DNA of 64,000 bases from Candidatus Hecatella orcuttiae (GCA_002011035.2 MTLY02000002.1:160001-224000), one strand, 5' to 3'; positions 28,426 through 39,320 are shown, counted from the first letter of the stretch. Translations and numbers: made by a program. The notes: generated by a model from the sequence alone, not told the origin.

Positions 28426-29574
28426 TTGTCCGTGCCTCATGGGGGAAGACTCGTAGACCGAGTGTTGAAGGGGAAGCCGAGGGAAAAAGCCCAAAAGGAT
28501 GCCGCGCTTATGCCGGCTGTAAGTTTAGATGAAGAAGTGGCAAAGGACGCTCAAAACATTGCTCAAGGAATCTACAGTCCCCTGGAAGGTTTTCTTCTCC
28601 AAGAGGACTACGAGCGTGTGCTTCATGAGAGACGACTCTCATTCAAGGACGTTTACTGGACGATTCCCATCGTTCTCGACGTTACGAAAGACAGGGCGGC
28701 TCAGCTGAAAGAGGGGGAGGATATAGCTTTAACCTGCAACAATAGAACGGTTGCTGTGCTTCACCTAGAAGAGAAGTACCCTTATGACAAGAAAGAGTTT
28801 GCTCGGAGGGTCTTTAAAACCGTTGACCCATCCCACCCGGGAGTAGCTTCCCTCTACAGTAAAAAGGAAATCCTCCTCGGGGGGAAAATTGACCTACTGG
28901 AGGAGGTTGAAAGCGCCTATAAAAGATACGCATTGACTCCCAGACAGACTAGGGCCATCTTCAAGGAAAGAGGATGGAAAACAGTAGTCGGTTTTCAGAC
29001 GCGGAACGTACCTCATCTCAACCACGAATTCCTTCAAAAAACCGCCCTCTCTTTTCTAGATGGACTCTTCATCAATCCCGTCATCGGTAAAAAGAAGAAA
29101 GGCGACTTCAGAGACGAGATTATCTTGGAGTCATACAGGGTGCTGATAGACAGATACTATCCCAAAGAGAGCGTGGTCTTGGCCATCCTGCCTTGGGAAA
29201 TGAGGTACGCCGGCCCTATGGAGGCAATACACCACGCAATAATACGGAAGAATTTCGGCTGCACACATCACATCTTCGGAAGAGACCACGCAGGAGTCGG
29301 CAGCTTTTACCGCCCCTATGAGGCTCAAGAAGTTTTCGACCAGTTCCCGGACTTGGGCATCACCCCTATCTTCTTCCGAGAATTCTTCTACTGCAAAAAA
29401 TGTCAAGGCGTAATGAATGAAAAAATATGCCCCCATGGAGCGCAGGACAGAATTGTCTTCAGCGGAACAAAGGTGAGAAGCATCTTTACCCGCGGAGAAA
29501 CTCCTCCAAAAGAATTAATGAGGCCTGAGGTTGTTGAGGTCATAAAAAAATACCCGAATCCCTTCGTGGAATAG
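28426..29574 (+). CDS. sat: Sulfate adenylyltransferase
   Basis: PHGGRLVDR, YSPLEGF, FQTRNVPH..HE, MRYAGP.EA..HAIIRKNFGCTH.IFGRDHAGVG, FSGTKVR. Confidence 0.93.
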   Translation: MSVPHGGRLVDRVLKGKPREKAQKDAALMPAVSLDEEVAKDAQNIAQGIYSPLEGFLLQEDYERVLHERRLSFKDVYWTIPIVLDVTKDRAAQLKEGEDIALTCNNRTVAVLHLEEKYPYDKKEFARRVFKTVDPSHPGVASLYSKKEILLGGKIDLLEEVESAYKRYALTPRQTRAIFKERGWKTVVGFQTRNVPHLNHEFLQKTALSFLDGLFINPVIGKKKKGDFRDEIILESYRVLIDRYYPKESVVLAILPWEMRYAGPMEAIHHAIIRKNFGCTHHIFGRDHAGVGSFYRPYEAQEVFDQFPDLGITPIFFREFFYCKKCQGVMNEKICPHGAQDRIVFSGTKVRSIFTRGETPPKELMRPEVVEVIKKYPNPFVE

Positions 29575-29603
29575 CTTAAGAATGTTTTATCGTGAGGTAT
29601 TTG

Positions 29604-30227
29604 TTATGTTTTGGAAAGGGATCTCAATCTGTGTTGGTACTTTTCCTTATAGGAGGCTCGACAGGTTTTGCAGCAGAAGGAGTGTTCTCGGTCTCCTATT
29701 TTATGGGTTTCAGGTTTACCTTTTATCTCTCTGCCGCAGAAATTGCATGTCAACCGTAATCCCAGTCCAGGTCTGAGAATAATCCCCGGTTGCTCTTTGA
29801 CTATCTTGGCGATTATGTTGCTGGAGACCACTGTAACTCCTTCAAGTTTCGCTATGGTTTTCGCCAAGAAATCTTGGAGAGCTTTCAGGTCTTGGGCGAA
29901 CACTTTGATGAGAAGGTTGCCTTAGCCCGCTGTCAAGTAGATAGACCTGACCTCCTCGATTTTGTCCAAGACATTGAGGGTTTCTTCAAGCTTGGAGAAG
30001 TCAACTTTCAACATGACGTTTGAAACTACTCCCTGCTCTATTTTATCCGTGTCCAGCAGAGGGATTATCTTTTTTATGAGCCCTGAATCAAACATCCTCC
30101 GCATGCAACTTTCCACAGTTGGCGTGCTGACCAAGGCTTGCTTGGCTATTTGGCGCAGGGGCTTTCTTCCATCCTCCAGCAGAGCTCGGAGTATGGCTAT
30201 ATCTGTTTCATCCAACTTGATGGACAA
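29604..30227 (-). pseudogene. Lrp/AsnC-type regulator with C-terminal TRASH domain, interrupted by an in-frame TAA at 29924..29922
   Basis: Both ORF halves are in the same frame: YLTAG*GNLLIKVFAQD. N-terminal HTH LDETD..IL.AL.EDGR; C-terminal CNFCG...FCCKTC. Confidence 0.8.
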
Positions 30228-30363
30228 GGGGTCTCAACGGGAAACCTCCTCCGCGATTAATTAACGTTTACAATTGAAAAATGAGCGACTCATTCTCTTC
30301 GCCTTTTTAAAGGTATACGCTTTAATACCCTCCGGGACCAAGTCTAGATAGGGGAGTAGAAGC

Positions 30364-30777
30364 GTGAACGGGGAGAAGCCAACCGCAGCCTTCGTTTTAT
30401 CCCTCGTCGCAGGGGTTTTAATAGCGCTGGGCGGAGCTGTGAGCTCCGTTTTCATGGGAATGATGGGTCTGTACAGCGGCGGCTGGCGTGGGATGATGGG
30501 CGGATACGGCATGATGGGTTGGCCTGTTTGGGGCTTCGGTGTAGCCTTCGGCATAACAGGCCTAGTCGTAGGTGTCATCGTGATCATCGGCGCGATAATG
30601 CTGGATTCAAGACCTCAGGAACATAGGACATGGGGCGTTATAATACTGGTCTTCTCAATCCTGAGCATCCTAGGCGGAATGGGCGGCTTCGGCCTAGGGT
30701 TGATTCTAGGAATAATCGGAGGAGCATTAGCCATAGGCTGGACACCGCCGGCGCAGGCGACAGAACGTGTAAAATAG
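30364..30777 (+). CDS. Gly/Met-rich membrane protein; an in-frame zinc ribbon continues after the TAG to 30864
   Basis: KPTAAFVLSL..G.LI, GMMGGYGMMG, GG.G.GLILGIIGG.LA. Confidence 0.75.
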   Translation: MNGEKPTAAFVLSLVAGVLIALGGAVSSVFMGMMGLYSGGWRGMMGGYGMMGWPVWGFGVAFGITGLVVGVIVIIGAIMLDSRPQEHRTWGVIILVFSILSILGGMGGFGLGLILGIIGGALAIGWTPPAQATERVK

Positions 30778-30879
30778 CCCACTAAAACCTGTGTCCACTG
30801 CGGTCGGGCGATTGTTTCAAACGCCAAGTATTGCCCTCAATGCGGAAAAGAGCAGCCTGAATAGAGACGGTGCGGCGAC

Positions 30880-31608
30880 ATGTCTTATAACTGGAAGGTA
30901 AGCGCGCTGGTAATAGCTACAGCTTTGGCTGTGGCAGTAGTTGCGTTGTTTTTCTATTCTTACACCTACGTTCCCGGCATGAGGCCTCAACCTCTGGCGC
31001 CAACTCCGTCCACTGCCATGCCTCCCAGCATGATGGGCGAAGGACCAAGTGTAGGAGAGCCTTCTGCGGCTCAGGAGTTGCTGACGATGGAAGGGGCGCT
31101 GGCGGCCTCCCAAGATTACCTCCGAAAAGTAGGCGATCTGGATCTGGCTGTGGCTGAGATAATGGAGTTCAGCAACCATTATTATGTGGATGTTTATGAG
31201 CAGAGCACAGGTATTCACGCCTTCGAGCTTATCATAGAAAGGGATGGAGACATCTACCCGGAGCATGGACCGAACATGATGTGGAACACCAAGTACGGTC
31301 ACCATGGAGGCGGAATGATGGGTGTGGGAGGAATGATGGGGGCTTACTCCATGTCGGCAGAAATGCCCATCGACGAGCGGGAGGCATTGGTCTATGCTCA
31401 AAATTATCTGAATACATACATGCCGGGAGCCGTTGCTGTGGAGCCCCATAGATTCTACGGATACTATACGCTTCACGTGGAAATAGACGGCGGCATCGTC
31501 GGCATGCTCAGCGTAAACGGCTACAGTGGAGATGTCTGGTATCACAACTGGCATGGGGAATTCATCCGAATCATGGAGCTGCAAGAGCACCATGAACATG
31601 AGGATTGA
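30880..31608 (+). CDS. Membrane-anchored Met/His-rich exported protein (copper-cluster associated)
   Basis: N-terminal TM; EHGPNMMWNTKYGHH, FYGYYT, GMLSVNGYSG.VWYHNWHG, His-rich tail. Confidence 0.7.
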   Translation: MSYNWKVSALVIATALAVAVVALFFYSYTYVPGMRPQPLAPTPSTAMPPSMMGEGPSVGEPSAAQELLTMEGALAASQDYLRKVGDLDLAVAEIMEFSNHYYVDVYEQSTGIHAFELIIERDGDIYPEHGPNMMWNTKYGHHGGGMMGVGGMMGAYSMSAEMPIDEREALVYAQNYLNTYMPGAVAVEPHRFYGYYTLHVEIDGGIVGMLSVNGYSGDVWYHNWHGEFIRIMELQEHHEHED

Positions 31609-31632
31609 AAACGCCTCCTAGGGGGAGCCTCC

Positions 31633-32271
31633 ATGACGTGGGAGTTCTGGAATAGGTGGGACCTAGTCTTGGCGAATGTGGCATTGTTCTCCCTATTCCT
31701 CCTCCTCATGCCCTTCAAAAGGCGAAGCGCATGGGGTTCCCGCGGGGCCTTCATAGGTTTCTTGGTAGCCTTATTCACCGAAATGTACGGCCTACCTTTG
31801 ACGGTTTACGTCATCGCTCCTTTTCTTCTACCGTTTTCCGGCTCCAGCCAGTGGCTGTGGAGTGGACACCTATTCGGATGGGTGGGCATAGCCGTTGGAA
31901 CACCCATCCTCATCCTAGGCGGAGCCTTAATCGTGGCCGGATGGAGGGCGGTTCATAGAGCGGTGTCAAGCGATGGGGGACTTGTGACTGATGGAGTCTA
32001 TCGTTTTGTACGGCATCCTCAATACCTAGGACTGATGCTTCTCACCTTAGGCTGGTTGGTACATTGGCCGACCATCATAGGCGCGGCGATGTGGCCTTTT
32101 CTGGTTCTTCTATACTATCGGCTGGCGAGAAGAGAGGAAAAAGATCTGGAAATGAAGTTTGGAGAAAGATTTCACAAATACAGGAATACTGTTCCTATGC
32201 TTCTGCCAAAATCGAAGTTTAAATTACTCGTTATAGGGAATAATAAAAAAATGAGGGAATCACATGGCTAA
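31633..32271 (+). CDS. Isoprenylcysteine carboxyl methyltransferase family membrane protein
   Basis: [37 protein letters not shown]...VP. Confidence 0.85.
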   Translation: MTWEFWNRWDLVLANVALFSLFLLLMPFKRRSAWGSRGAFIGFLVALFTEMYGLPLTVYVIAPFLLPFSGSSQWLWSGHLFGWVGIAVGTPILILGGALIVAGWRAVHRAVSSDGGLVTDGVYRFVRHPQYLGLMLLTLGWLVHWPTIIGAAMWPFLVLLYYRLARREEKDLEMKFGERFHKYRNTVPMLLPKSKFKLLVIGNNKKMRESHG

Positions 32272-34345
32272 AGACCCGATTTGCGGCATGTATGTGGACG
32301 AAAACAAGAAAGAAGTCATCAAACGAGAGGTTAGAGGGCGAACATACTATTTCTGCAGTGAAAACTGTGCCGAGACGTTCATGAGGCCTGAGGTTGAATT
32401 GCGAAATCTTAAACGACTCGTAATATTCAGTTGGATCTTAGGAATTTTGACGTTTACCTTCACCTACATAAAGGTCTTGCCGGCTTTACCTAACAATGTT
32501 TGGCTCTTTATTTTCGCCACACCGGTTCAATTTGTAGCCGGGTATAGATTCTATCGAGGTACCTGGGACGCTTTGAAGAGTAGAAACGCCAACATGCACA
32601 CGTTGATAGCCATAGGTACTTCTGCAGCATGGCTCTACAGCACTATCGTTACCTTTTTTCCTAACTTCTTTCCTAGAGCGGAAGTATACTTCGACACGGC
32701 CACCTTAATTATTGCGCTGATACTTACGGGAAGACTATTCGAGGATATTGCCAAGGGTAAAGCCTCGGATGCGGTCAGAAAACTGATGGATCTTCAACCA
32801 AAATTAGCCCGATTGATAAAAGATGGAAAAGAAATTGAAGTTCCCGTCGAAAAAATTCAGTTGGGCGACATCTTAATCGTCAGGTCTGGAGAGAAAATTC
32901 CTACCGATGGTATAGTGATTGAGGGCCACTCCTCTGTTGACGAGAAGATGATCACTGGCGAAAGCATGCCGGTTGGAAAAAAAGTGGGTGACGAAGTTAT
33001 CGGCGCCACTATCAATAAAGTTGGGATGCTGAAGATAAAGGCAACAAAAGTCGGTGCGGACACAACTCTATCCCAGATAATAAAGTTGGTTGAGGAGGCT
33101 CAAATATCACGGGCCCCTATACAACGGCTGGCTGATGTGGTATCGTCCTACTTCGTCCCCATAGTCATCTTGGTAGCAGGTATTGCGTTCTTTGTATGGT
33201 ATCTGATAGGTTTGCAGAGCTTCCAGTTCTCCCTCACCGTAGCCATAGCTGTCCTCATCATCGCTTGTCCTTGCGCCTTAGGAATAGCGACACCTATGGC
33301 CATCATGGTTGGAACGGGAAAAGGGGCTGAAAACGGCATTCTCATCAAAGGAGGAGAATACCTTGAGAAAGCCCACAAGCTTCAAGCCATGGTCTTTGAC
33401 AAGACGGGAACCTTGACCAAGGGAGAACCCTCCTTAACTGACATCATTCCACTCAGTGGGCTGAATGAAGAGGAAGTATTAAAGCTGGCCGCCATCGCCG
33501 AGAAAGGCTCAGAGCATCCTCTAGGAGAAGCCATCATTCGGGGCGCTAAGGATAAAGGAATAGATATCCCTGACCCTGCAAAGTTCGACGTTGTTCCAGG
33601 GCATGGAGTGAAAGCGGAATACAATGGTAAAAAAATATTGCTCGGAAATAGGAAGCTCATGAAAGATAACAAGATAGACATAGAAAAACTTGAAGACAAA
33701 ATTAGCGCACTCGAAGAAGAAGGTAAGACGGCGATGGTGCTTGCTTTGGACGGGAAGGTGATTGGGATAGTTGCTGTGGCAGACACATTGAAGGATTATT
33801 CAAAAGAGGCAATAGAAGCCTTGCAGAGCATGGGAATTGATGTCATTATTCTCACCGGAGACAATAAGAGAACCGCAGACGCCATCGCCAGAAAACTTGG
33901 GATCAAACGGGTTTTGGCAGAGGTGTTACCGAAGGATAAAGTCAACGAAATTAAACGTCTTCAACAAGAAGGCAGAATTGTAGGGATGGTGGGGGATGGA
34001 ATAAACGATGCACCTGCATTGGCTCAAGCAGACATAGGCATTGCCATTGGAAGCGGAACCGATGTGGCCAAAGAAACTGGCGGCATTCTGCTGATCAAGG
34101 AAGACTTGAGAGACGTTGTAACTGCGATAAAACTGAGCAGAAAAACTGTTAGAAAGATCAAACAGAATCTCTTCTGGGCGTTCGCCTACAACACTGCCTT
34201 AATCCCTGTGGCAGCGGGAATACTATACCCTTCCTTCAACATACTACTTCATCCTATTTTTGCGGCTGCAGCTATGGGGCTCAGCTCCTTGACTGTGGTC
34301 GGAAACTCGATGCTCCTCAGGAGATTTAAACCTGAAAGGAGGTGA
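32264..34345 (+). CDS. copA: Copper-translocating P1B-type ATPase with N-terminal YHS/TRASH domain
   Basis: KDPICGM...[38 protein letters not shown]. Confidence 0.93.
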   Translation: MAKDPICGMYVDENKKEVIKREVRGRTYYFCSENCAETFMRPEVELRNLKRLVIFSWILGILTFTFTYIKVLPALPNNVWLFIFATPVQFVAGYRFYRGTWDALKSRNANMHTLIAIGTSAAWLYSTIVTFFPNFFPRAEVYFDTATLIIALILTGRLFEDIAKGKASDAVRKLMDLQPKLARLIKDGKEIEVPVEKIQLGDILIVRSGEKIPTDGIVIEGHSSVDEKMITGESMPVGKKVGDEVIGATINKVGMLKIKATKVGADTTLSQIIKLVEEAQISRAPIQRLADVVSSYFVPIVILVAGIAFFVWYLIGLQSFQFSLTVAIAVLIIACPCALGIATPMAIMVGTGKGAENGILIKGGEYLEKAHKLQAMVFDKTGTLTKGEPSLTDIIPLSGLNEEEVLKLAAIAEKGSEHPLGEAIIRGAKDKGIDIPDPAKFDVVPGHGVKAEYNGKKILLGNRKLMKDNKIDIEKLEDKISALEEEGKTAMVLALDGKVIGIVAVADTLKDYSKEAIEALQSMGIDVIILTGDNKRTADAIARKLGIKRVLAEVLPKDKVNEIKRLQQEGRIVGMVGDGINDAPALAQADIGIAIGSGTDVAKETGGILLIKEDLRDVVTAIKLSRKTVRKIKQNLFWAFAYNTALIPVAAGILYPSFNILLHPIFAAAAMGLSSLTVVGNSMLLRRFKPERR

Positions 34346-34349
34346 TATC

Positions 34350-34493
34350 TTGGCGAAAGATCCTATATGTGGAATGGATGTGGACGAAGAGAAAATCCAA
34401 TACAAGTCTGAACATGCGGGAAAAACTTATTATTTTTGCAGCCCAACTTGTAAGTCTGAATTTGACAGAAACCCTGAAAAACACGCAAGATAG
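34350..34493 (+). CDS. YHS/TRASH domain metallochaperone (47 aa)
   Basis: Below the ORF-track cutoff. TTG after GGAGGTGA; [47 protein letters not shown]. Confidence 0.85.
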   Translation: MAKDPICGMDVDEEKIQYKSEHAGKTYYFCSPTCKSEFDRNPEKHAR

Positions 34494-34508
34494 GAGAAAA
34501 CCGAACCG

Positions 34509-34769
34509 ATGGAAGAGAAACACATCCGCAAGATTTTACCTGTAAGGGGTATGCCATGCGCTTCCTGCACCCTGACGATAGAGAAGGAACTGAAGAAACT
34601 GGAAGGTGTAAAGGATGCACAGGTGAGCTACTTGATGGAGAAGGTTGCTGTAACCTACGACCCTGAAAAAGTCGGAATCCCTGACATAGAGGGCAGAATC
34701 GAAAAGCTTGGCTACAAGCTTGCCTACAAGAAATATAAAAGCTTCTTCAGCAGAATACTCAGAACTTGA
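34509..34769 (+). CDS. Heavy-metal-associated (HMA, CopZ-like) protein
   Basis: GMPCASC..TIEK.L..LEGV..A.V, IEKLGY. Confidence 0.88.
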   Translation: MEEKHIRKILPVRGMPCASCTLTIEKELKKLEGVKDAQVSYLMEKVAVTYDPEKVGIPDIEGRIEKLGYKLAYKKYKSFFSRILRT

Positions 34770-34809
34770 GTTTAAAAAACCCTCTGTCGGAGGAGCCTCA
34801 TTTTCTTTT

Positions 34810-35493
34810 TTAGAAGAAACGGGAAAGTTTCGACTGGGTTATTTTTTCCAGAATTTCTCGCCTTGTTTCCCATTCCAACCTGACGATTTCCGGAAACTTC
34901 TTGTGCTTTCTAAAATATTTTTCCAGAAAACTGATCGTAACCTCATCTGAAGGATACCCCGAACCCATAGGCCCGTACTTTTTACAGTATTCTTCCATGA
35001 TCATGTCTCTTCTCACCTTTGCAAGTATTGAGGCTGCGCTCACAATGGGGTATTTCTTGTCAGCGAAATTTTCAGCTATAATTTTACCTCGATGTGTTTT
35101 CAGAAAATTTTTGAGGACGTTGAGAAAATTTTCAGGAGCAGAAGCAGGCGCATCTATGTACGTGACATCAGGGTTGAACCTTTCCATTATCTCCGCCATT
35201 TTCCGAGCTTCAAGCACGTTCAATTTCCCCCGCCTGACCGCCTCGTCTATCTCCCTTGGGTAGACCTCCACCATGTGAAAGCCTTGAATTGTCTTCATTA
35301 TCTTACTTTTCAACTCGACTCTTTTTTGACGGGTCAATTCCTTGGAGTCCTTCACACCCAATTCTTCGAGACGCCGGATGGATTCCTCCGTGGCTACGAC
35401 CCCGCAGACTATCATGGGGCCGATGACAGGTCCTCTTCCCGCCTCGTCGACGCCTAGGATCTTTTCCGTAGGTGTATCCCCGCCTGAAACCAT
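34810..35493 (-). CDS. rnhB: Ribonuclease HII
   Basis: GVDEAGRGPVIGP, VKDSK.L, VSAASILAKV.RD, GSGYPSD. Confidence 0.95.
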   Translation of the reverse strand: MVSGGDTPTEKILGVDEAGRGPVIGPMIVCGVVATEESIRRLEELGVKDSKELTRQKRVELKSKIMKTIQGFHMVEVYPREIDEAVRRGKLNVLEARKMAEIMERFNPDVTYIDAPASAPENFLNVLKNFLKTHRGKIIAENFADKKYPIVSAASILAKVRRDMIMEEYCKKYGPMGSGYPSDEVTISFLEKYFRKHKKFPEIVRLEWETRREILEKITQSKLSRFF

Positions 35494-35550
35494 GTGAATT
35501 GGCTGCTGTGCATTCCACCTTTTCCCAAGTTTGGGGCAAGTGAAAGTAGG

Positions 35551-35847
35551 TTAAGCTCTAGTTTTCAATGCTTCCAGTCTGGTCTTGTGTTTTTCCAGCG
35601 CCTTCATAAACGCATCGGAGGCATCCTTCCCAAGCCAGTTTAGGTAGGCTAGGCTGCAGACAATCAAGTCCGCTATGTCAACTTCGATTTCAGGCGCCTC
35701 CCGGCCTTTGTGCATGTACTTCTCAGAAACTTGACCTAACTGCTCGGTGAGAAGTGTTATAAAGAAGGCGGAGGTGTAAGCTTTTTTCTCGTCATATTCC
35801 TTCGATATTTCCTGCACAGCTTTCTGCGCTTCCCTTAAATGATGCAT
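35551..35847 (-). CDS. MazG-like nucleotide pyrophosphohydrolase fold protein
   Basis: LLTEQLGQV...IEVDIADLIV...N..G.D all-helical MazG-like pattern, degenerate. Confidence 0.55.
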   Translation of the reverse strand: MHHLREAQKAVQEISKEYDEKKAYTSAFFITLLTEQLGQVSEKYMHKGREAPEIEVDIADLIVCSLAYLNWLGKDASDAFMKALEKHKTRLEALKTRA

Positions 35848-36041
35848 AGGAATCCCTCCCTTGAATAGTAAACAATGCCTTTAAAGAAAAAAGTTAGGTT
35901 AAGCGCCTAAACCCGAAGCCTGTCTTCGAAGTACAAAGCACGACTCAGACACGGTTTTTCGGCTTAAATTACTCCATGGTTGTAGCGAAGCTTAAATGTG
36001 TTAGAGGTTTACATTAAACCAAAATCGTCGGAGTTTGAAAC

Positions 36042-37301
36042 TTGAAACACCATAGAGTTAAGGACCTATCCTTAGCCGAAGACGGCCGGAAGACTGTGGA
36101 GTGGGCTGAAAGCAAGATGCCTGTCTTGCTGAAGGTGAGGGAGGACTTTAAAAAACGCAGGCCCCTAGAGGGCTTGAGAATAGGAGCCTGCCTCCACGTC
36201 ACCAAGGAAACAGCAGTCTTGGTTAGGACTTTGAAGGCAGGAGGGGCCGAGGTGGCCCTCTGCGCCTCAAACCCCCTTTCCACCCAGGACACTGTGGCGG
36301 CCGCCTTGGCTGAGGAGGGGGTGAAGGTCTACGCTTGGAGAGGACAATCCAGCGAGGAATATTATCAGTGCATTCAAGATGTCCTGCAACATAGGCCGGA
36401 GGTCACTGTGGACGACGGAGCCGACCTCATCACCACCATCCACAGCAAACGCCAAGACCTCTTAGGCGAGATACGGGGAGGCACCGAAGAAACAACCACG
36501 GGAGTTGTGAGGCTGAGGGCCATGGCCCGAGACGGCAACCTCCGCTATCCTGTGATAGCCGTCAACGACGCCTACACCAAATATCTTTTCGACAACCGAT
36601 ATGGAACAGGCCAAAGCACCATCGACGGCATCCTCAGAGCTACAAGCATGCTGCTGGCTGGGAAAAACTTCGTGGTGGTCGGCTACGGCTGGTGCGGCCG
36701 AGGCATAGCCCTCAGAGCTCGAGGAATGGGAGCTCAGGTCATAATATCCGAAGTAGAACCCTTGAAGGCCTTGGAAGCCTTGATGGATGGTTTCCAAGTT
36801 ATGCCCCTCTCCAAGGCTGCGGAGATTGGCGACATTTTCGTCACCGCCACGGGGAACATCAACGTCATCCGCGGGGAGCACTTCGCCAAAATGAAAGATG
36901 GCACTGTTTTGGCGAATTCAGGGCATTTCAACGTAGAATTGGCCCTCCCTCAACTGGAGGAGATGACTGTCTCCAAGAGGACTATCAGGCCCAACGTGGA
37001 GGAGTTCCACCTCAAAAATGGAAGAAAGCTTTACCTCTTAGCCGAGGGCAGACTGGTGAATTTGGCAGCGGCAGAGGGTCATCCTCCCGAAGTGATGATG
37101 ATGTCCTTCGCCAACCAGGCTTTATGCATAGAATACCTGAAAAACAAAGGCAGAGAATTGAAGCCCCAAGTTTACAAGGTCCCGGAAAACATTGACAGAA
37201 GAGTCGCAACCTTGGCTTTGAAAGCCCACGGCATAAAGCTGGATGAACTCACGGAGGAGCAGAGAGATTATCTTCAAAGCTGGGAGTTGGGAACGGTTTA
37301 A
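36042..37301 (+). CDS. ahcY: Adenosylhomocysteinase
   Basis: [50 protein letters not shown]. Confidence 0.97.
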   Translation: MKHHRVKDLSLAEDGRKTVEWAESKMPVLLKVREDFKKRRPLEGLRIGACLHVTKETAVLVRTLKAGGAEVALCASNPLSTQDTVAAALAEEGVKVYAWRGQSSEEYYQCIQDVLQHRPEVTVDDGADLITTIHSKRQDLLGEIRGGTEETTTGVVRLRAMARDGNLRYPVIAVNDAYTKYLFDNRYGTGQSTIDGILRATSMLLAGKNFVVVGYGWCGRGIALRARGMGAQVIISEVEPLKALEALMDGFQVMPLSKAAEIGDIFVTATGNINVIRGEHFAKMKDGTVLANSGHFNVELALPQLEEMTVSKRTIRPNVEEFHLKNGRKLYLLAEGRLVNLAAAEGHPPEVMMMSFANQALCIEYLKNKGRELKPQVYKVPENIDRRVATLALKAHGIKLDELTEEQRDYLQSWELGTV

Positions 37302-37324
37302 AAGGAAAACCGTCTGATAATCTA

Positions 37325-37753
37325 TTGTGGGAAAGACACTTGGTTGACGTCACTGAATACGAAAAACAGTTAGACCGCCTCTACGCAAAGCTACCTAAGA
37401 CCTTGAGTGTAAAGGAAAGGTTCGAGGTTCCTGAACCTCAAACACTCATCTTCGGAAATCGAACTTTCATAAAGAATTTTAAAGCGATAAGCGACAGCCT
37501 TAACAGAAGCGAGCAGCATCTTTTAAGGTTTTTAGCCAAAGAACTGGCAACCGCAGGTAGCTTAGAGGGAGGTCAAGGAGTATTCCAAGGGAAGTTTAAC
37601 TTCACGGTAATAAAGCAGTTGATTGAAAACTACATCAAAGAATACGTTACATGCCCTGTTTGCCGAAGCCCAGATACAAGGCTTGTTAAAGAGGAAAGAT
37701 TCCGCTTTCTAATCTGCGAAGCATGTGGAGCCAAATCCTCCGTAAGAGGCTAA
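37325..37753 (+). CDS. Translation initiation factor aIF-2 beta
   Basis: YE..LDRLY..LP, ERFEVP, KELAT.G, YV.CPVC.SPDT, CEACGA. Confidence 0.93.
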   Translation: MWERHLVDVTEYEKQLDRLYAKLPKTLSVKERFEVPEPQTLIFGNRTFIKNFKAISDSLNRSEQHLLRFLAKELATAGSLEGGQGVFQGKFNFTVIKQLIENYIKEYVTCPVCRSPDTRLVKEERFRFLICEACGAKSSVRG

Positions 37754-37759
37754 AGATGG

Positions 37760-38083
37760 TTGAAAAAACAATCCTCACAACATCAAGTCTACGTGAAGAT
37801 GGTGAAGGTCAGAAATGATACCGTGGTCGCTGTATGTGACGAGGAATTGTTGGGGAAAAAATTTGAGGATAAAAAGCGAGGTCTAAAACTGGAAGTAAAG
37901 GAGACTTTCTACAAAGGCTCAAAGATGGGGCTGGAAAACTGCATAGAGTATGTTAAGGCGGGCTCTATCGTCAATCTTGTCGGCTCGAGAATCGTTAGAA
38001 AAGCAGCCGAATGCGGGCTGATAAATCCCATCGCAGTGATAGTGATAGCCGGGGTTCCCCATGCCCAGCTGATAAAGATGTAA
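37760..38083 (+). CDS. DUF424 family protein
   Basis: VAVCDEELLGKKF, FYKG, NLVG...V..A...G.I, GVPHAQ. Confidence 0.88.
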   Translation: MKKQSSQHQVYVKMVKVRNDTVVAVCDEELLGKKFEDKKRGLKLEVKETFYKGSKMGLENCIEYVKAGSIVNLVGSRIVRKAAECGLINPIAVIVIAGVPHAQLIKM

Positions 38084-38171
38084 AAAAATAAAAGTAAACT
38101 AGTGCACGCTGCTTATGAGAAAGGTTATATTTTGCCTGTTTATCAATAGAAAATAGTTTGTTGGTGAAAAT

Positions 38172-38474
38172 TTGAAGAGGAAGGTTCTGAGCGAAGAAGA
38201 GCTGAAAGAATTAATCCTTCCGGGAGAAGGCCAAGTTCTAGGCATAGTTGTGAAGATGCTGGGATTTGACAGAGTTGTGGTCAGGTGCACCGATGGGAAA
38301 GAAAGGTTCTGCAGAATAAGGGGGAAGATGAAAAGGCGAGTGTGGATCAGGGAAGGTGATGTGGTGCTTGTCTCTCCGTGGGAATTTCAAAGCGACAGTA
38401 AAGGCGACATAGAGTGGAGATACACAAAAAATCAAGCTGACTGGTTAAGGAAAAACCATTATTTGAATATGTGA
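38172..38474 (+). CDS. eif1A: Translation initiation factor aIF-1A
   Basis: V.C.DGKER.CRIRGKMKRRVWIREGDVVLV.PW.FQ. Confidence 0.95.
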   Translation: MKRKVLSEEELKELILPGEGQVLGIVVKMLGFDRVVVRCTDGKERFCRIRGKMKRRVWIREGDVVLVSPWEFQSDSKGDIEWRYTKNQADWLRKNHYLNM

Positions 38475-38525
38475 TTTGCCAGCCTTTCATTCCCTGCAAT
38501 TATTAGACGGGGAAAACCGAAAACC

Positions 38526-39320
38526 TTGCCTAAAAATAAAATCGAAAAAAAACTCTTCATCCGGGAACGATACTACGACAAAGCGCAACGTATGAAGATA
38601 AAACGTTCAGAAGAATACGAAGTTCTCGAAGAAGTCTTCGACAAACCTACCCTTATGACAATTTACCACTTGATGAATCAGAAGGTCATAGACAAACTTC
38701 ATGGGGCTGTGAAAAGCGGGAAAGAGTCTAAAATTTTCTGGGCCATCGCTCCCTCAGGAGCGGAACTTGCGGTGAAAATATATCTCACTGTTTCCGCAGA
38801 GTTTAGGAAAGGAATGCTCCCTTACCTTGCAGGCGACCCGCGTTTCAAACGCGTGAAGAGCGGTAAACCTCTTATCTATACTTGGGCTGAAAAAGAATTT
38901 AAGAACCTTAAAATCGCCCTCAAAGCAGGCGTTCGAGTTCCCACACCCTACGCTGTGAGAAACAATGTTTTAGTCATGGAATTTATAGGGGAAAAAGGGG
39001 TTCCTTCTCCTCTTTTAAAGGATCTACCTCCTCCCAGCCCTCAAGAAAGTTATTTAAAGCTGCTGGAGTACGTAAAACTGTTGTACAGCAAAGGCAACCT
39101 AGTTCACGGGGACTTGAGCGAATATAATGTGATGATACACCGCGGAGAACCAGTTCTGTTCGATGTGTCCCAAGCCGTCCTCTTGAGTCATCCTCTCGCC
39201 GACCAACTTCTCCGCCGCGACATACGTAATTTAAACCAGTTTTTCAGAAAACTCGGCGTAAAAATTCAGGATGAAGAAAAAATATATGAGTGGGTGGTGG
39301 GAAATGGCTCAAGTGCTTAA
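38526..39320 (+). CDS. RIO1 family serine/threonine kinase
   Basis: GKES, AVKIY, WAEKEFKNL, NVLVMEFIG, LVHGDLSEYN, FDVSQAV. Confidence 0.93.
   Translation: MPKNKIEKKLFIRERYYDKAQRMKIKRSEEYEVLEEVFDKPTLMTIYHLMNQKVIDKLHGAVKSGKESKIFWAIAPSGAELAVKIYLTVSAEFRKGMLPYLAGDPRFKRVKSGKPLIYTWAEKEFKNLKIALKAGVRVPTPYAVRNNVLVMEFIGEKGVPSPLLKDLPPPSPQESYLKLLEYVKLLYSKGNLVHGDLSEYNVMIHRGEPVLFDVSQAVLLSHPLADQLLRRDIRNLNQFFRKLGVKIQDEEKIYEWVVGNGSSA

Noticed and set aside
29922-29924. Pyrrolysine or selenocysteine recoding in the TRASH regulator
   Set aside because: The codon is TAA, which neither system decodes.
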